This document shows positions 42,501 to 56,390 of a stretch of DNA of 64,000 nucleotides, in pieces. Each line of letters opens with the position of its first letter. Positions within the stretch are counted from its first letter, which is position 1. Source of the DNA: the human T2T-CHM13v2.0 reference genome, Homo sapiens; assembly GCF_009914755.1 (NCBI RefSeq), contig NC_060936.1. One strand, 5' to 3'. The position numbers were made by a program, and so were the translations under genes. Below the pieces are notes generated by a model, which saw only the letters and a list, made by a program, of their open reading frames with translations, was not told where the DNA came from and searched no databases.

Positions 42501-43792
42501 TTGAGGAAATAGTGTATTTTACTTCTCTTTCTGGAAATATCATTTTATAAAAATTTTATGAATAGCATGTTAAAGAATGACATATAAATACAATAAGTTC
42601 ATATTTACATTTTAAATGTAAAGAATTCCATAGAATTAGATATTTATTTCAGTGATGTTATGGAGCCAGTAAGTTGGTAGGAACTCTAATAAAGGAGAGT
42701 AATGCTGAAGGCATAAATAAATATGACCTTCTGGTGGGGAGTGAACCTGGTTTTTCTAAAGGAAAATCATGCTTCACTTGCAGAGCTTTGAGTGGGTAAC
42801 TAAAATAGATTAGTGAGGGCTAGGGAATATATGTTGTTTAGCCTTCATTTAAATTTTGGCAAAATTACCTCATCAAAGGTTGTTTCCTTAGTCTGTGAAT
42901 CACAGTGAAAATGAGGTGGGGATGGAGGAGTTGTTTAGTCGTGGATAGGGAATTAGCTTAGTGACAGAAAACAAAGATGAATAGGCACTTTTTACAAGAA
43001 TAATAATAAATAGTAGAGTCCTCCATAGATTGCTGCTGGGCCTAGATTTATTTAATCTAATCTGGAAAAAGGGCAGTGTCAGAAAAACTCCCAACTTCCA
43101 TATGTTCTGAAGCTTTTCTGCATAACAAAATGCCACTTTAAGAAGATCTCCTGAGGCAAGATGTGTATAGAGAAGTCACATATGGCTTTATATATAAGCA
43201 AGGTTCAGGAAAAGTAATCTAAACTCTTTATATGTTTATAGGAAAGTAGGCCACAAACAAGCTTTTTGACTCAGGAGTGGAATTTGTACTAACTGTGTAC
43301 AGAAACAAAGTTATTCTTCTGTAGTCAATGAGGTCATTATGACTGTGAGCATCACCAGAAAGAGTAAAAGAAATAAAACAGAGGTATCTATATTCATTTG
43401 TCATAAACCATATTTCCTCCTAAAATATTAGGGGAGTTTCCATGTCCTTGACCTAAGGGAAGCAGTCACAGAGTCTAAGACTAATGATTTACATCATCAA
43501 GGAAAGCAATGAGGAAACATTTTAAAAATGATAAGAAATTAACAAAGCATAAAAATTAAAGATTTATAAATCTCTAAAGCCTTAAACATTACATATAAGA
43601 TGTAAATGTAAACATATACACTGGGTACCTGAACTTTTCTTGAGGCTTGAAAAACAGGAAGAAATGAAAGAAAATTGCGTTTGGATATTGACAGGTAAAT
43701 TTATGAAACTATTGTAATTAGTACAGGTAGAAATAAATGTATTGAGAAACTATTTTATCTAGAATGCTTGTGGGACAGGAAGCTAGATGCAA

Positions 43793-44152
43793 TGTATGGA
43801 ATATTTCTCCCTCCCATGATTCAGCTATTGAAATTCTAACCCCCAAAAGGATGGTATTTGAGAGAAGGGTATTTGGAAGGTGACTAAGCCATGAGGTCAG
43901 GAGCCCTCATGAATGGGATTCGTGCCCTTATAAAATAGGCTGTGGAGATATACCTTGCCCCTTCTGCCACATGGGGATATGATGAGAAGATGGATGCTTA
44001 CGAAATAGGAAATTGTTCCTCACCAGATACAGAATCTGCTAGCACCTTGAACATGAACTTCCCAGCCTCTAGAGCTGTGGGAAACAAATTTCTGCTGTTT
44101 ATAAGCTACCCACTTTATGATATTTTGTTATAGCATTGAGGTAAACAAAGAC
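43793..44152 (+). mobile_element. MLT1A/A0 solo LTR
   Basis: 'gagccctcatgaatgggatt.gtgcccttataaaa', 'cttcccagcctctagagctgtg', end 'aaagaca'. Confidence 0.85.
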
Positions 44153-44562
44153 AATAGGGGTATCGTGGATTTGATCATTTGTGTTTTAATTAATGTTATA
44201 ATAGAAAACCATGCCTTTTACTAAACTACCTTTTGTGCACTTGTTAGATATGTAGGGACAATTTTTTTTTTTTTAAATCATGAAGGCTGGTAAGAGGGGT
44301 GAAAAGGCTGTATATCAAAACAGGGAGTTTTGCAATAGCTTCTACATGGAAAAAAAGTATGGAATGTCTACATATATTATCACCTGCATATAATATCAGA
44401 TTAGGGTAAGAAGATAATAGCCTCACTTTGAAGTTATGAAAATTAATGCTATAATTTAAAACTTCTGCTGATTTATTGTCGTAGAAGACTCTAGTAGAGT
44501 TCCCATTTGCTACTACAGATAGGCACCATCACCACAGCATAGACTGAAAGGTTTATCCAAAA

Positions 44563-45010
44563 TGGTATACTGAGTTGAATAGTTTCCCTCTGAAATTCAT
44601 ATCCTTCTCAGACCTTCAGAATATGACCTTATTTGGAAATAGGGTTGTTGCAGACATAATTTGCTAAGATGAGGTCTTACATCAGATTAGGATAAAAAGG
44701 TAATACTGGAGTGGTGGGGGCCCCGTATCCAATGTGATCAGTGTACTTAAAAGGGAAAGAGACACAAAGACAGACACACGCATATACACCCACATGAAGA
44801 TGGACGCAGAGATCACAGTGATCATCTACAGGTCAAAGAACGCTGAAGTGGCATGGAAGGATCCTTCCCTAGAGACATCAAAGTGAGCTGGTCTTGCCAA
44901 CACCTTGATTGTGAATTTCTAGCCTCTAGAACTTTGAGAGAAGAAATTCCATTGTTTTAAGCCACTCAGTTTGTGGTGCTCTGTTATGGCATCCCTAGGA
45001 CGCTAATACG
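44563..45010 (+). mobile_element. MLT1B/C-like solo LTR
   Basis: 'gaccttatttggaaatagggt', 'caacaccttgatt', end 'ccctaggacgctaatac'. Confidence 0.8.
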
Positions 45011-47910
45011 CACAGGTCGTGGTGGAGTCTAGATCCTCTCTGCATAATATTGTAGTGATGTTGCAATTGTTGCCTGGAGTGTCTAAGTGTGTTTTCTTCC
45101 AAAAATGGACCTTGACTGTTTAGTCTCTGAAAACAGAAAATAAAATTATTTTCTTTGAGAGAAAGGGTATAGTTTCCTTAAACATGGTAGATACTTGACA
45201 GAGCTTGTTTGAAGATAAAGCTGAGTAGAATTGACTTGATAAGGAGAGGGAAGAAAGGTTATAGAAATAGGCACAAGGCCACTCCCCTCAGAAGAGTTTA
45301 ATATTTTGAACGACTTCCCTTTAGACTGAGGTAATCACAGTGTCAAGTCTATAATTTCTCCTTTTTCATGTCTGTGTGGTACTTTTGTGGTAGTAGAAGA
45401 AACTGTGTCCTGTCCTACATTAAGCCCTCAGAAGTATAAGCACCATTATTGATGGATATCCTAGTATAGGCTTTCATATTGTGACCAGCAAAAGAAATGA
45501 AATCCCTAAGAGTAGATGTGAATCATGTTTTGCACATATTAGCAGTGGACAACACTTTAAAACGGAAGGGAAAAGCTGATATTTTAGTTTAATATGAATA
45601 ATTTTTAAACATTTATAAAATATATTTAATACCTACTAGATGGCAGAAATTGATATAGGACAGGGAAATAAAGGGTGAACAAATAGATAGGATCCATTTT
45701 GTTAGCAACTTAAATTACAGTAATCTTGAATAACTCATACAACTTTGCCAAAATGGATATTTTCAGAATGTCTTAAGAGTAATCTTTAGGGAAGGTACAG
45801 AAAGAGATTATCAAAATAACCATTTCAAATGTCAACCAGAACTTTTTTGATTAGCACAAGGCAAAACATTGTTTAGATGCTGGAGACAGAAAATAAATTT
45901 CATTAAGAATTTATTTATTGATTTGTACAAGGACGAATATACATATACAGCTAAATGCATTTCAATGGCATGGGCCATGATAAAAGCATATACTGTTTGG
46001 GCACAGAGGCAGGAGTGGTTGATTGTACAGAATGGGCTGATACTTCATGAAATGTTTCATAGAAGGGGTGAAACTTGAACTGAAAATATGAACAAAGAGA
46101 AAAGGAAGCAGAGAAAATAGGTTGGTGAAGGACAGAAGAGTGAAATAGCATAGCACATTCATATTTTCTTACTTTGGCATCTATATCACCACCATCTCAC
46201 CTTTGTTCTGACAACTAATTCTCTGTACTACAACCAGAGCACATTTTTCCAAACAGAAATTTGGTTATATGGATGGCTTTCCCTTAGGCTTAGGATAAAG
46301 CCTCAATTCCTTAAAATGCTTACACAGCCCTGTGAAATTATTTGAAGTATATAGTTTATGCTATTTCTATTCCTGTATTGTTCTCTTTAAGTACTCTGGA
46401 CCCTCGAATAAAGTCTGGTAAAACTCTACAGCCTTTGTATGTATAAATGCTAATACATGAAATATAGCTATTATAGTCACATAAAGCAAAAATTTAAAGT
46501 AAATTTTTCTTAAAATACCTAAATAATGGAACAGAAAATTTCACATTTTTGAGCATTAATTATCAAAATATGAGTCAGTTCTTCATTTCATTCTGGATAC
46601 TTTTATACACAGCATTGGTTTAATTTTATAAAAAACTGAGTTGTCAAATTTTTTACTTGGTTGGTTTGCATTCCCCAGGCTAGACTGGCCACTATCTGTC
46701 TGTTCCACTATTATTGTCCTTGGAAACAGGGCCTGAATTTTTTTTCTTGGCCTGATACTATTCATTCTATAGACTTGGCCTTTTTAAAAAAATTTCAAGA
46801 GGGTTGATGTAATTATTACATACTTCTTGATGGGTTTTATTAGACAAACACAAGGTTTATTTCCTTAAGGCTATTTTCTGGTATTTCTTCTAAAATCTGG
46901 TATGATTTTAGAAGATCAATAACCTTTCTGTGTATTTTTGCATACATTTTGATATTTTTCTTGCTGTTTAGGTTTAGTTCATGCTTGGAAACTTTTGACC
47001 TCTGACTCTGTTACCACTGTCGACAGAATTTTTCAAATCTCTCATCTACTTGGGCAGACAATTCAAGATAAAGAAAACATATACAAGCTGTAAGAAAAAT
47101 AAATTCACAATGAGTGTTTTTGCCACAGTTGCTAAAAAGTCTGAGAAGCAATATTTATTTGAAGAAAAATATGTCACATAAAAATATGTGTTCATGTGAG
47201 ACTTTTATGTGGGTTGATGTGATTAAACTCCATTCAAAATTGGTAAGGATCTCAGTTTATATCTTAAATTCAGTGTTTAAGTATGTGTGTAGTTTAGAAA
47301 ATATTAGTTGGGGATAACACATTCTAAATATATCTATAAAGAAGTGTATGTTTTTATTGTTTTCTACAGGGAAAGTTTAAATTTCAGGTATGTAGGCACA
47401 ATCCCCTTTGAAATAATTAAGAACTTCATCTATACATGTTAGGATAGAATATCTCATTAAGTTTGCATTATTTATGAGCCAAGGATTGAAATGATTTTGA
47501 ATGATTTTTCTGCAAACCAAACAATTTTTACATCTTCCTTTGGTGTGACACAAATTTATTTTATCCTCCCCGGGTTACTCGATTTTTGTTTTAAGATGTG
47601 TTAAATACCTTTTTGGTAGAAAGGGACTAAGACTTTCTGTTTTGGCTTTAAAATTCATTACTGACTATTTTTCAGTAATTTATGTCAGGAGCCTAGCATT
47701 GCTAGGTGGGGGTTTTATAATTCTGAAAGGAAAACATAATTTGATTTTGCTTTCTTATATATCTTCTATTTGTATTACGTTGTAACTTTAAAAAATATTT
47801 AGCTGTCTTATATTGATATGTTTTCAAATGTGTGTAAGGAATATTGTTTATCTGAATACATAAAGAGAAAAGTTATAAAATTTTACATGGAATTTAGAAT
47901 TCAAGTCATC

Positions 47911-48404
47911 TGTGTTAGCTTTCTATGCTTTGTAACAAATTATCGCAAACTTGGTGGCTTAAAACATTTATTATCCTCAGTTTCTGTGGGTCAGAAGTCC
48001 AGGCATGACTTAGCTGGTTCTCATCTGGAGGCTCTACGTAGAAAGAATCTGCTTCCAAGCTTTCTCTGGTTGTTGGTAAAACTCATTTCCTTGTGATTAT
48101 AGGATTTATGTCAGCTTGCTTTTTCAAAATCCTTGGAAGGGGAGGGGAGACAGAGAAAAAGATTACCCTAGAGTGAGTAGATTGCATTATATACAAGTTA
48201 CATAACAACATGGAAGTTACATTCTATTACCTTTCCTATATAATGTAAAATAATTACAAGATTGACATCCCATCATATTTGCCATATCCTATTGGTTAGA
48301 AGCAAGTCATAGGTTCCACCTACCCTTAAGGGAAGGAAATTTTACAAGGGAATGAATACCAGGAGGTGGAATCACAGGGGCTACCTTAAAGTCTATTCAC
48401 TGTG
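47911..48404 (-). mobile_element. MLT1E/F-like LTR
   Basis: 'gtaacaaattatcgcaaacttggtggcttaaaaca...tctgtgggtcagaagtccaggca' and 'ctattggttagaagcaagtca'. Confidence 0.75.
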
Positions 48405-49583
48405 CTATATCAATTATGTAGACTATATTAAGAAAAACAAAAATACTTTGGCTTGATGCATTTTTTTCTTCATTTCCTATTGATTCATTTCCTGTTTCCT
48501 TCCTATTGAAGGAAATGAAGAAAAAATGCATCTCTTTCTATTGAAGAAATGAAAAAGAATCAAGAAAAAATGTCCTATGAAGACATACTTTTCTTCATTT
48601 TCTATTTCAATTTGCATCATAGAGTAACAATTGTATAATATACACCATCGATTTATAAGCAGAGAAAGAAATTTGAAATGATTTTAGATCATGTTCCATC
48701 TTCTATTAAAGATTGATATCACTTTGAGGCTATGAAGAAAAGGTACTTCCATACTTTGCTGCCTCTATTTTTTTAACATAGATTTTTATTAATGTAAATG
48801 CAGTACATGTTAATGGTAAAGTATTCAAATAATATAGATGGGTATTAAGTAAAAAATATGTCATTAAATGAGAAATAATGAAAGTAATCATTATTAATTA
48901 TTTAGTCAATTTTCTATACATATACAAGTCTACATATATGTCTGGACATTATATGTGTATGAACATATTTTATTCTTTAAATGACACTATAATAAACTTT
49001 CGTTTCTACAACTTTATTATAGCCTGGATGTCTGTCTATAGTACTGTAGCTCTACCTCATTCTTTCTAATGGCTGTTTTTCCTTTTAACTATGTGTCATA
49101 ATTGTTATTAAAATTCTCTACAGAGATGACATTTTCCATTTGTATTCTAAAATACCATTTAAAATGTCATAAAGTCCAATCAAAACCAGCTTAAATAGAA
49201 AAGAAAATTTATTTATTTGCCATCACAGCCCCCCAAAAAATCAGTTTAACTAACTTTGAGTATGTTTGGCTCATGGCCTCAATTAATGTCATCTGTAACC
49301 GGTTTCTCTCCATCTTTCGTCTTGACTCATCTTTGGACCCAATTCTCTCATTAGGCTGATTCTCCTTTCAAGATGGCCAAATGACTGCCAGAATGGCTGC
49401 CAGTAGCTCCAGACTTAGTCTAGTCCCAGGGAACCAGCAGAAAAATAGGCTCCTCTCTTCTGTTTCTTTAAGCAAAAGTGATAACCTTAATTCCACTTGG
49501 GTCTGATTGGGTTCATAAACCTTTCTTTTAATCAATTGCTCAAGTTAGGGGAGGTGATATTCTGAGTTTTCAAGTTTGGGTCA

Positions 49584-49956
49584 TGTCTTAGTCCATTCTG
49601 GAAGCTATTATAAAATGTGTGGTTTATTTTGGTTTTAAACAACAGAAATTTATTTCTCACAGTTCTAGAGGCTGGGAAGTCCAAGATCAAGGTGCTGGCA
49701 GACTTGGTTTCTAGTGAGGGCTGCTTTCTGGTTAATGGATGGTAGCTTCTAGCTGTGTCCTTACTTGGCAGCAAGGACAAGGGAGCTCACTGGGTCCTTT
49801 GTAAGGGCACTAATCCCATTCATGAGGACTTCACCCTTATAACCTGATCCCCTCCGAAAGCCCCCACCTTTGAATACTGTCACCTTAGGGGTTAGGATTT
49901 CAACATACAGAATTTGGGGTTTCCATATATTTTGGGATATAAACGTTCAGATAGCA
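49584..49956 (-). mobile_element. MLT1A-like solo LTR nested in an older MLT1 remnant (~49130-50060)
   Basis: TGTCTTAGTCC...ATAGCA termini; near-TSD GGTCA/AGTCA. Confidence 0.85.
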
Positions 49957-51399
49957 AGTCACATGCAATGCTTGAAGCATGGGAATCAGCCCCACTAAAA
50001 GAACATGAACCTAGGAGTGGAAGATGGGTAAATGGATATTGGATAGGTGCACACACACAAAAGCATACTATTTTATCATGATATATCCTTATAAACTTGT
50101 GTACTTTATGTGATACTTAAGTTATTAGAATATAAATGCTAGATTAACATATATATAGGTAGTCTAAATTTTCCTGTATATTTTCATATTTTCTATATTG
50201 ATGTACAATGGGTACCTCAGTTTTCTGCTGAGATTGTACACTTGATGTCCATTCCAGATCTCATTTACTAATCATTTCCAATTAAGTAGGTAAAAAAATA
50301 GAATCCCATTGTTTCATTAGACATTCCTGTAATGACTGTAAACATGTTTACTTTTCTTATTCTATTTATATTTTTCACGGGTATTTTTATTCCTTTATTG
50401 TGAACTCCCTGCTTATGATTTTCTAATTGTACCAAAGCAAACAACATAATGAAGTGTTAAATACATGAAATATTTCTTTAACTTGCAGATACCTTTTTCA
50501 TGCATGAGTGAGACTTATGACGTCGTAGCCATATGAGGCAGAGAGACTATGAAGAAAGATGCAAATTATGTCTAATGCCACTTTTAAAAAAATAAAACAT
50601 GACATCTAGCTCCTACTAGTATATTGCTTTATCAAATAAGTAAAACTAAACATTAGAGTAGAGTGATATGGTGTTACATTCTGAGCAGACCTGATGAGTC
50701 ACTGAGAGGCTTTACTGAGAGGTTTTTTAGGGCTTGGTATGGGGTGACTGCAGCCAATGTTTTCAGGCTGCCCAGAGGAAGAAGGGTCATCCAGTAGACA
50801 TAAAGCTAAGGGGTTAGTCCTTTTGAAGAACAGGAACCCTAAGACTTACTTTGGGAGAGGAGATGGTCAAAAGTCCAACTTCAAAGTAAATATAGAAGAA
50901 AACAAAGAGTAAAAAGCTCTGTGATCTAAAGCCTAAAACATTGTTTTGCAGACTGCAAGTATGCAGAGGTCGAGAGAGAATGTTGCAATATCAACAGCAA
51001 CAACAGTAACATAAAACTTTTGTCTGATGAGTTTTGCAGGCACACTATAATATTGCTGACTCTGAAAGATCAGATGTGGTCTGAAAGCCTACAATGAAAG
51101 CCCTAATGCTATGGAAAAGTGTCAGAAGGCCAATATTAAGAGATGAATTTTTTTGAAGTTGGAAGTAGAAAATAAAAAATGACATACAAATGAATTTAGA
51201 AATTTGTGGCTTAAATATTTTATTTTTACTAAGAGTGAATTGAGAATTAAAAATGCATTGTTACATAATAAATTCCTTACAAATGCATCTATATTTATCA
51301 GTGAATGGTTAAAACCCATGGTTAAGGTAACGAATTACATTTTTTGTCCACAGTCAAAGGGAAAAATCCAGTTAGATGTGTCTTTAAGTAGGAGCTCTT

Positions 51400-52900
51400 A
51401 AATCCATTCAAACATGATTTGTTTCATAATTATTTATTGTATATCTACCATGTTCTGGCCATTGTGTTTGTCAATGTTTTCAATGACATTTAAAAAAATC
51501 ACACAAATATATCCTGTTTAATAATGTTCTTAGTCATCTAGGAGACAAACTGTAAACAAAAACAAAAGCAAATTTATAAATGAGTAATAATAAATTGAGA
51601 AGTCTTATGAAGAAAATTATAACACTTATTGAACATTGACAAAATGGTGACAGAGTCAGTTCTATGTGTTTACTCATTTTAATTTTTAATCTTAATAATT
51701 TATGAGGTAGGTGTTATTGTTACTGGCACTTTCAGAATGAGGAACCAGAAAGCACAAATAGGTCAAATGAGTTTTCCAGTATCATACAGTAGGAGGAGCC
51801 AAAACTAAAGCTGGGATGTGAGCCTGGGTAGGGTCTGTGCTCTTAAGTCTTATGCTTTATTGAACAGACAACCATGGTAGAGAGAGAACAGCCAGTATGG
51901 ACATGGTTAGAGAAGGTTTTACTGAGGAGGTGTTTCAGTTGACAGTGGAAGGGTGTGATAGAGCTAGCCATGTTCAGAACCTAGAGACCAGAATTACAGG
52001 TAGAGGGAAAATATGTATTACATCTCTAAGTTGGTAGGAAACCTGGCAACTTCTAGGAGATAAAATGATACTAATAGTAATTAAGAGCATATAGAATGTT
52101 TAGATGCAGCCAAGAGTCAGTCACACTTTTAAATAACTTGTAGGTTAACATTAGGGGATTTGATTTGAAGTGCAATGGGGAGATATAAGGCATTTTACAA
52201 AGGGGCCTGAACTGATCTGATTCATGTTTAATTGGCTGCGGTATAACACCACATTGAAGACCACAGTAAAATACAGGCGGATAACAGCAAGAAGACTATT
52301 TTAGTAGACTTGGAAAGGGTTTTAACAAAGGTGGTTAGAGAGAAGATAAAAGTAAACATATTCAAGATATATTTTTGAGGCAGAAATCATAGGATATGCT
52401 CACAGATTGAATGTGGGTGGTGAGGAAAAGTCTAGGATTACTTCTAGTGTTCTACTATTATTACCTATGTGGTATCACTTTAAGCAATTTGCGTCTATGG
52501 TGGTACCACATAAGTGTAGAAAAGACTAGGATAGAACAGTTTGCAGAAAGCTGGGAGAACAGTTTGCGGAATTCAGTTTGGAATTTATCTCATTTAATAT
52601 GCCTGTGGACATTCAGTTAAATATATAGGAAATTGGATGTGAAGGACTGGAATCCAAGGAGAAATACAAGCAGGAGATAGTTTTGGAGCTGTCAGCATAG
52701 AGATAATTAAAGCTATTAAAGGTAATTAAAGTATAATATCCAGGTAAACTGTTCAATTTTAAACAGAGAGAAACTCAGCAATGGGAGATGATAGAGGAGG
52801 AATAACCAGTAAAGGTGAAACAGAAAAAATTGAAAATGTATCATGCAAGAGACTATAAGAAGTAAGGATTGGTCATTAGTGTCAAAGGGCTTTGAGACAT
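51400..52900 (-). mobile_element. L2 remnant with an inserted MIR (~51620-51860)
   Basis: Purine-rich antisense L2 text ('gaaggttttactgaggagg', 'gaagtgcaatgggga', 'gattgaatgtggg'); MIR 'atgaggtagg...atgaggaaac'. Confidence 0.65.
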
Positions 52901-55900
52901 TACATAAACTGAGAACACAATAATCTATTAATAGGTATATTCTTATAATCCAAGCAGCAGCTATTTTATGTTGACCCTATGAGGCCATTAATTACGAAGC
53001 AGTAGGCAGAAAACTGGGAAATGCCTCTGAGGTCACATTCTTTTATTTGTTCAATAGCCAGTTGGTTATTATCTGGTATTTCATTTCTTTCCATTTATCT
53101 CAAAAATATGAACAAACAAAACCTATGAACCATTTGTGTTTAATGTAAGCGAAGCCTGTCAAAATATCTATCATTGAATAATCAGCCTAAGAAGAAAGAG
53201 CAAATATTTAGAACCCTTTGGAGAAATGGCCAAGGAATCGGCTTAGATACTTAGGATTCACATTCAAGAATGATACTGATGGAATCAAACAAAAAGGGGC
53301 CAGTACTTTCTGAGCTAATTGTTTAGAACTAGATTTTCGCTCCAGCTGCAATAAATTGGAAGATGGATGATGTGAGCATTTGTAATTTGTAATTTAAAAC
53401 TTCGCGAACCATGAAACTTTCTGGAGACTTTGGTCAGTCAGTTGATTTACTAGAAATGATGAGACCACCAAAATTCATAAACTGTCTATTTTCCCACCAC
53501 ATGGCAATGAAATAGAGGAGAAAAACATGCAAATTGCTCATTTATGGTTTTTTTATTTTGCTTTCCTAAATTGCTTCTAAGCTCACTGAGTCGAATTTCT
53601 ATAACATCTTTAATTATGATGAAGTCTTGGCTTAAAAAAAGAAAAGTTGTTTAGTTAGAACTTCATAATTGGCAATGAAACATTTAACCAAAGTGCCAGC
53701 TTTCAAATTTGTTAAATTTTGTTTTTTTATTTGAACTATGAGAACAGCATCATGGTGATCTGCAGAATTTGATATTGGGAACTTAAAATGTTAGGATGGA
53801 GATTTGTAAAATAATTCCAAACAAAACCAACCCCATTATGAATTACCTTTAAAATTGCAAAACAGATAAGATTCTGAACGTGTTTGGATAATACAACAAA
53901 TTATAAAATATGAAAAAAAGTGGATGATACAGGTTTTTCTCTTTTGTGATTTGTGAAGCAAGAATCAGCCACTAAATTAGGAACTGGAAAGTCCTTAAAG
54001 TATCTATGGGAATTCTTTTGCATAACTGAATTGACTAGCATATGCAGCCCTAAAGCAGTATTTTAAGAACTGATTTTTTTTGATCATAGAATTCTCAAAA
54101 ATAACGATGTTAGCAATCCATACAATATTCTCACAACTAACATTTGATATAACTGATTTTTATTTAAATAAATATCACACATTTAAAAAGAAGAACTTAA
54201 TTTCTGAAAAGAAATCATTCAGGTGAGAAGTTTTAATGTTTCAATTGGGACTGTAGTAAAATTAAAGAGATAATTGCTTCAATTTTTTTTTCACTTTACC
54301 CTCAAAAGATTTACCAAAATTTAGTTTCAAATGCTCCAGGTAAAAAAATTACACGTTAATCTTTTCTTGTCAATCATTTAAGATTAAAAGTGCTATAAAT
54401 TCTTTATAATTCTGCTTCCTATTTAAGCAGAATGCTTTTCTTCAATCTGAGATCCCATTATGCTGTTTTCTAAAATATTAATTCTACTTCTGAGGAGAAT
54501 CACATTAATGTCCTAATGATTAGGTTTTTGCTTCAAAAGATTAAGGCACAATTCAAGGTTCAAAGTAACTTGGGACATTTTTCCATTGCCCTCTCTGTCC
54601 TTTCTCCTTGCTTGCCTCTCTTTCATTCTCCTCCTTTCTTTTGTTTTTAAACAGTTAACACAATCCATTACAAACATCAGAAGTGGTTTATGAGGAAAGC
54701 GTTTCTAATTACATATTGATTAATAAATGCAGATTAGTTTTCTCTAAAAAGAAATGAAGTCTTAAGACACATAGTAATTGCCTTTGGGGACTGACAGGAT
54801 TGGCGTGTTTGCTCTTGTTTAAAAAAAAACAAAGGAGTTTTCTTTCTAAGAAATACTCTTTCGGTCCTTGCATTTCTTAAGCACGTTTCTTCTGCAAGTG
54901 CTCTCATAGGTTGCTGACATAGGAGGCTCATCACAGAAGGTGTTATCTTGGATCTTGTATTGACTAAAGTATAAAATTCTAGGCATATCATCTTATGTTA
55001 GCTATAAAAGCTTTGTAGTTCAAAGCCTGAGAAGTGGCTAGGAAATAATTTGATTGTAAAGGTAATCTCAAAGTAAATAGTAGTATTTCTTCAAGCTTAT
55101 CCCTAATAAGGGTTTATAATCTTAGTTTCTTAAATTCAGGTTTTATTTTTTGGAAAATTGTGCATGTTCAACACTTATTCTAAGAATCAGTGCTTATTTT
55201 CTTCCACCTTTTCTCTGTCATATAAAGGTTTACTTTGATTCTGAGTTTGTAGGTGAGTGATACATCTTCAAAGATATGTTTAACTCCTTCATTTCATACT
55301 GAATCTTTACAGTAATTTTTGATTTGTACTTATGCTATCTGAAGAGTATGTTGGTTTTTACCTGAACCCGTTTAATAATCTTTTAATAAATTCGGCCTCT
55401 TACATAATATAAAACTGTCTTGTCATTTAGTTGGATTTTAGAATTATAAAGATTAAAGGATAACAGATCTTGTGTATACACGGTATATACAACATACTGT
55501 ATTATGACTTATAACAAAGATACCATAATTTCATTTTATAGTAAATTTATTGCTCTTTATGCCATTTTATGTTATTCTCTTATGGAGAAAAAACAGAAAA
55601 TGACTCCTAGTTGTTTGCAATTCAAAATCAATAATTAAGAATTATTTCAAGCATGTCTGATCTTAAAGTCATGACTGTTGAGCATTGCAGATTATTTTAT
55701 CCTGGATATAAAAGGCTTCTGGAAAATTATGGATTTTTATGGTTTTAAATTAATGTTTCTTTCAATCTTAAATGATTGATGCCAAAGTATAATTTCATAA
55801 CAAAAATAATTATAAAGGAAGTAAACATTTATTCTCAGAGGTTCATTAATTTGCATAAATATATACCTATATTTTGGTAAAATGCAATCATACATTAAAT

Positions 55901-56099
55901 ACTCTATTAATGCTGACCCTCTTAATAGATTCTGATGTGACTATTTTAATTTTTTTATAATACATATGTATAAGATTATATCTTTCTAAAATAGGCATTA
56001 CTTTTAACTAACTTGGATAAAAGCCAAAATGAATGAAAAACTGTCCTACACATATAATAGTGCAGATACTAAAACAAACTTCTTATTCATTTCATTAAT

Positions 56100-56390
56100 C
56101 AAATGAAAGAAATCTTAGCCAATGAAAATAAAAACATCCCAAACACAGAAAAGATACAAGAATTTAAAGAAATTACTACATGGAAATCTATTGGAATGAA
56201 TTTTGTAGCCTGAAAGAGGTTTGACGGTTTCTCCTCAAAGTACAAAATACCAAGTTTGCCCAAGAAGACATAGAAGACTTCAGTAAATAATTTAACCTAG
56301 GTAATAATGGAAGGATAATTCAAGATCAACCATTAACAAATGATTAGGTTAACTGCTGAGTTTTATCTAATATTAAAAGTCAGAGAAATT
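56100..56390 (+). mobile_element. Ancient L1M ORF2 fragment
   Basis: 'taccaagtttgcccaagaagacatagaagac...actgctgagttttatctaa' resembles L1 ORF2. Confidence 0.45.

Larger units (their letters stand above)
46972..50596 (+). other. Candidate spliced exons (46972-47089, 47370-47387, 50489-~50610) of an unrecognised transcript
   Basis: Canonical AG/GT sites with pyrimidine tracts in non-repeat DNA; compatible phases; AATAAA at 50591-50596. No homology or expression evidence available. Confidence 0.3.
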
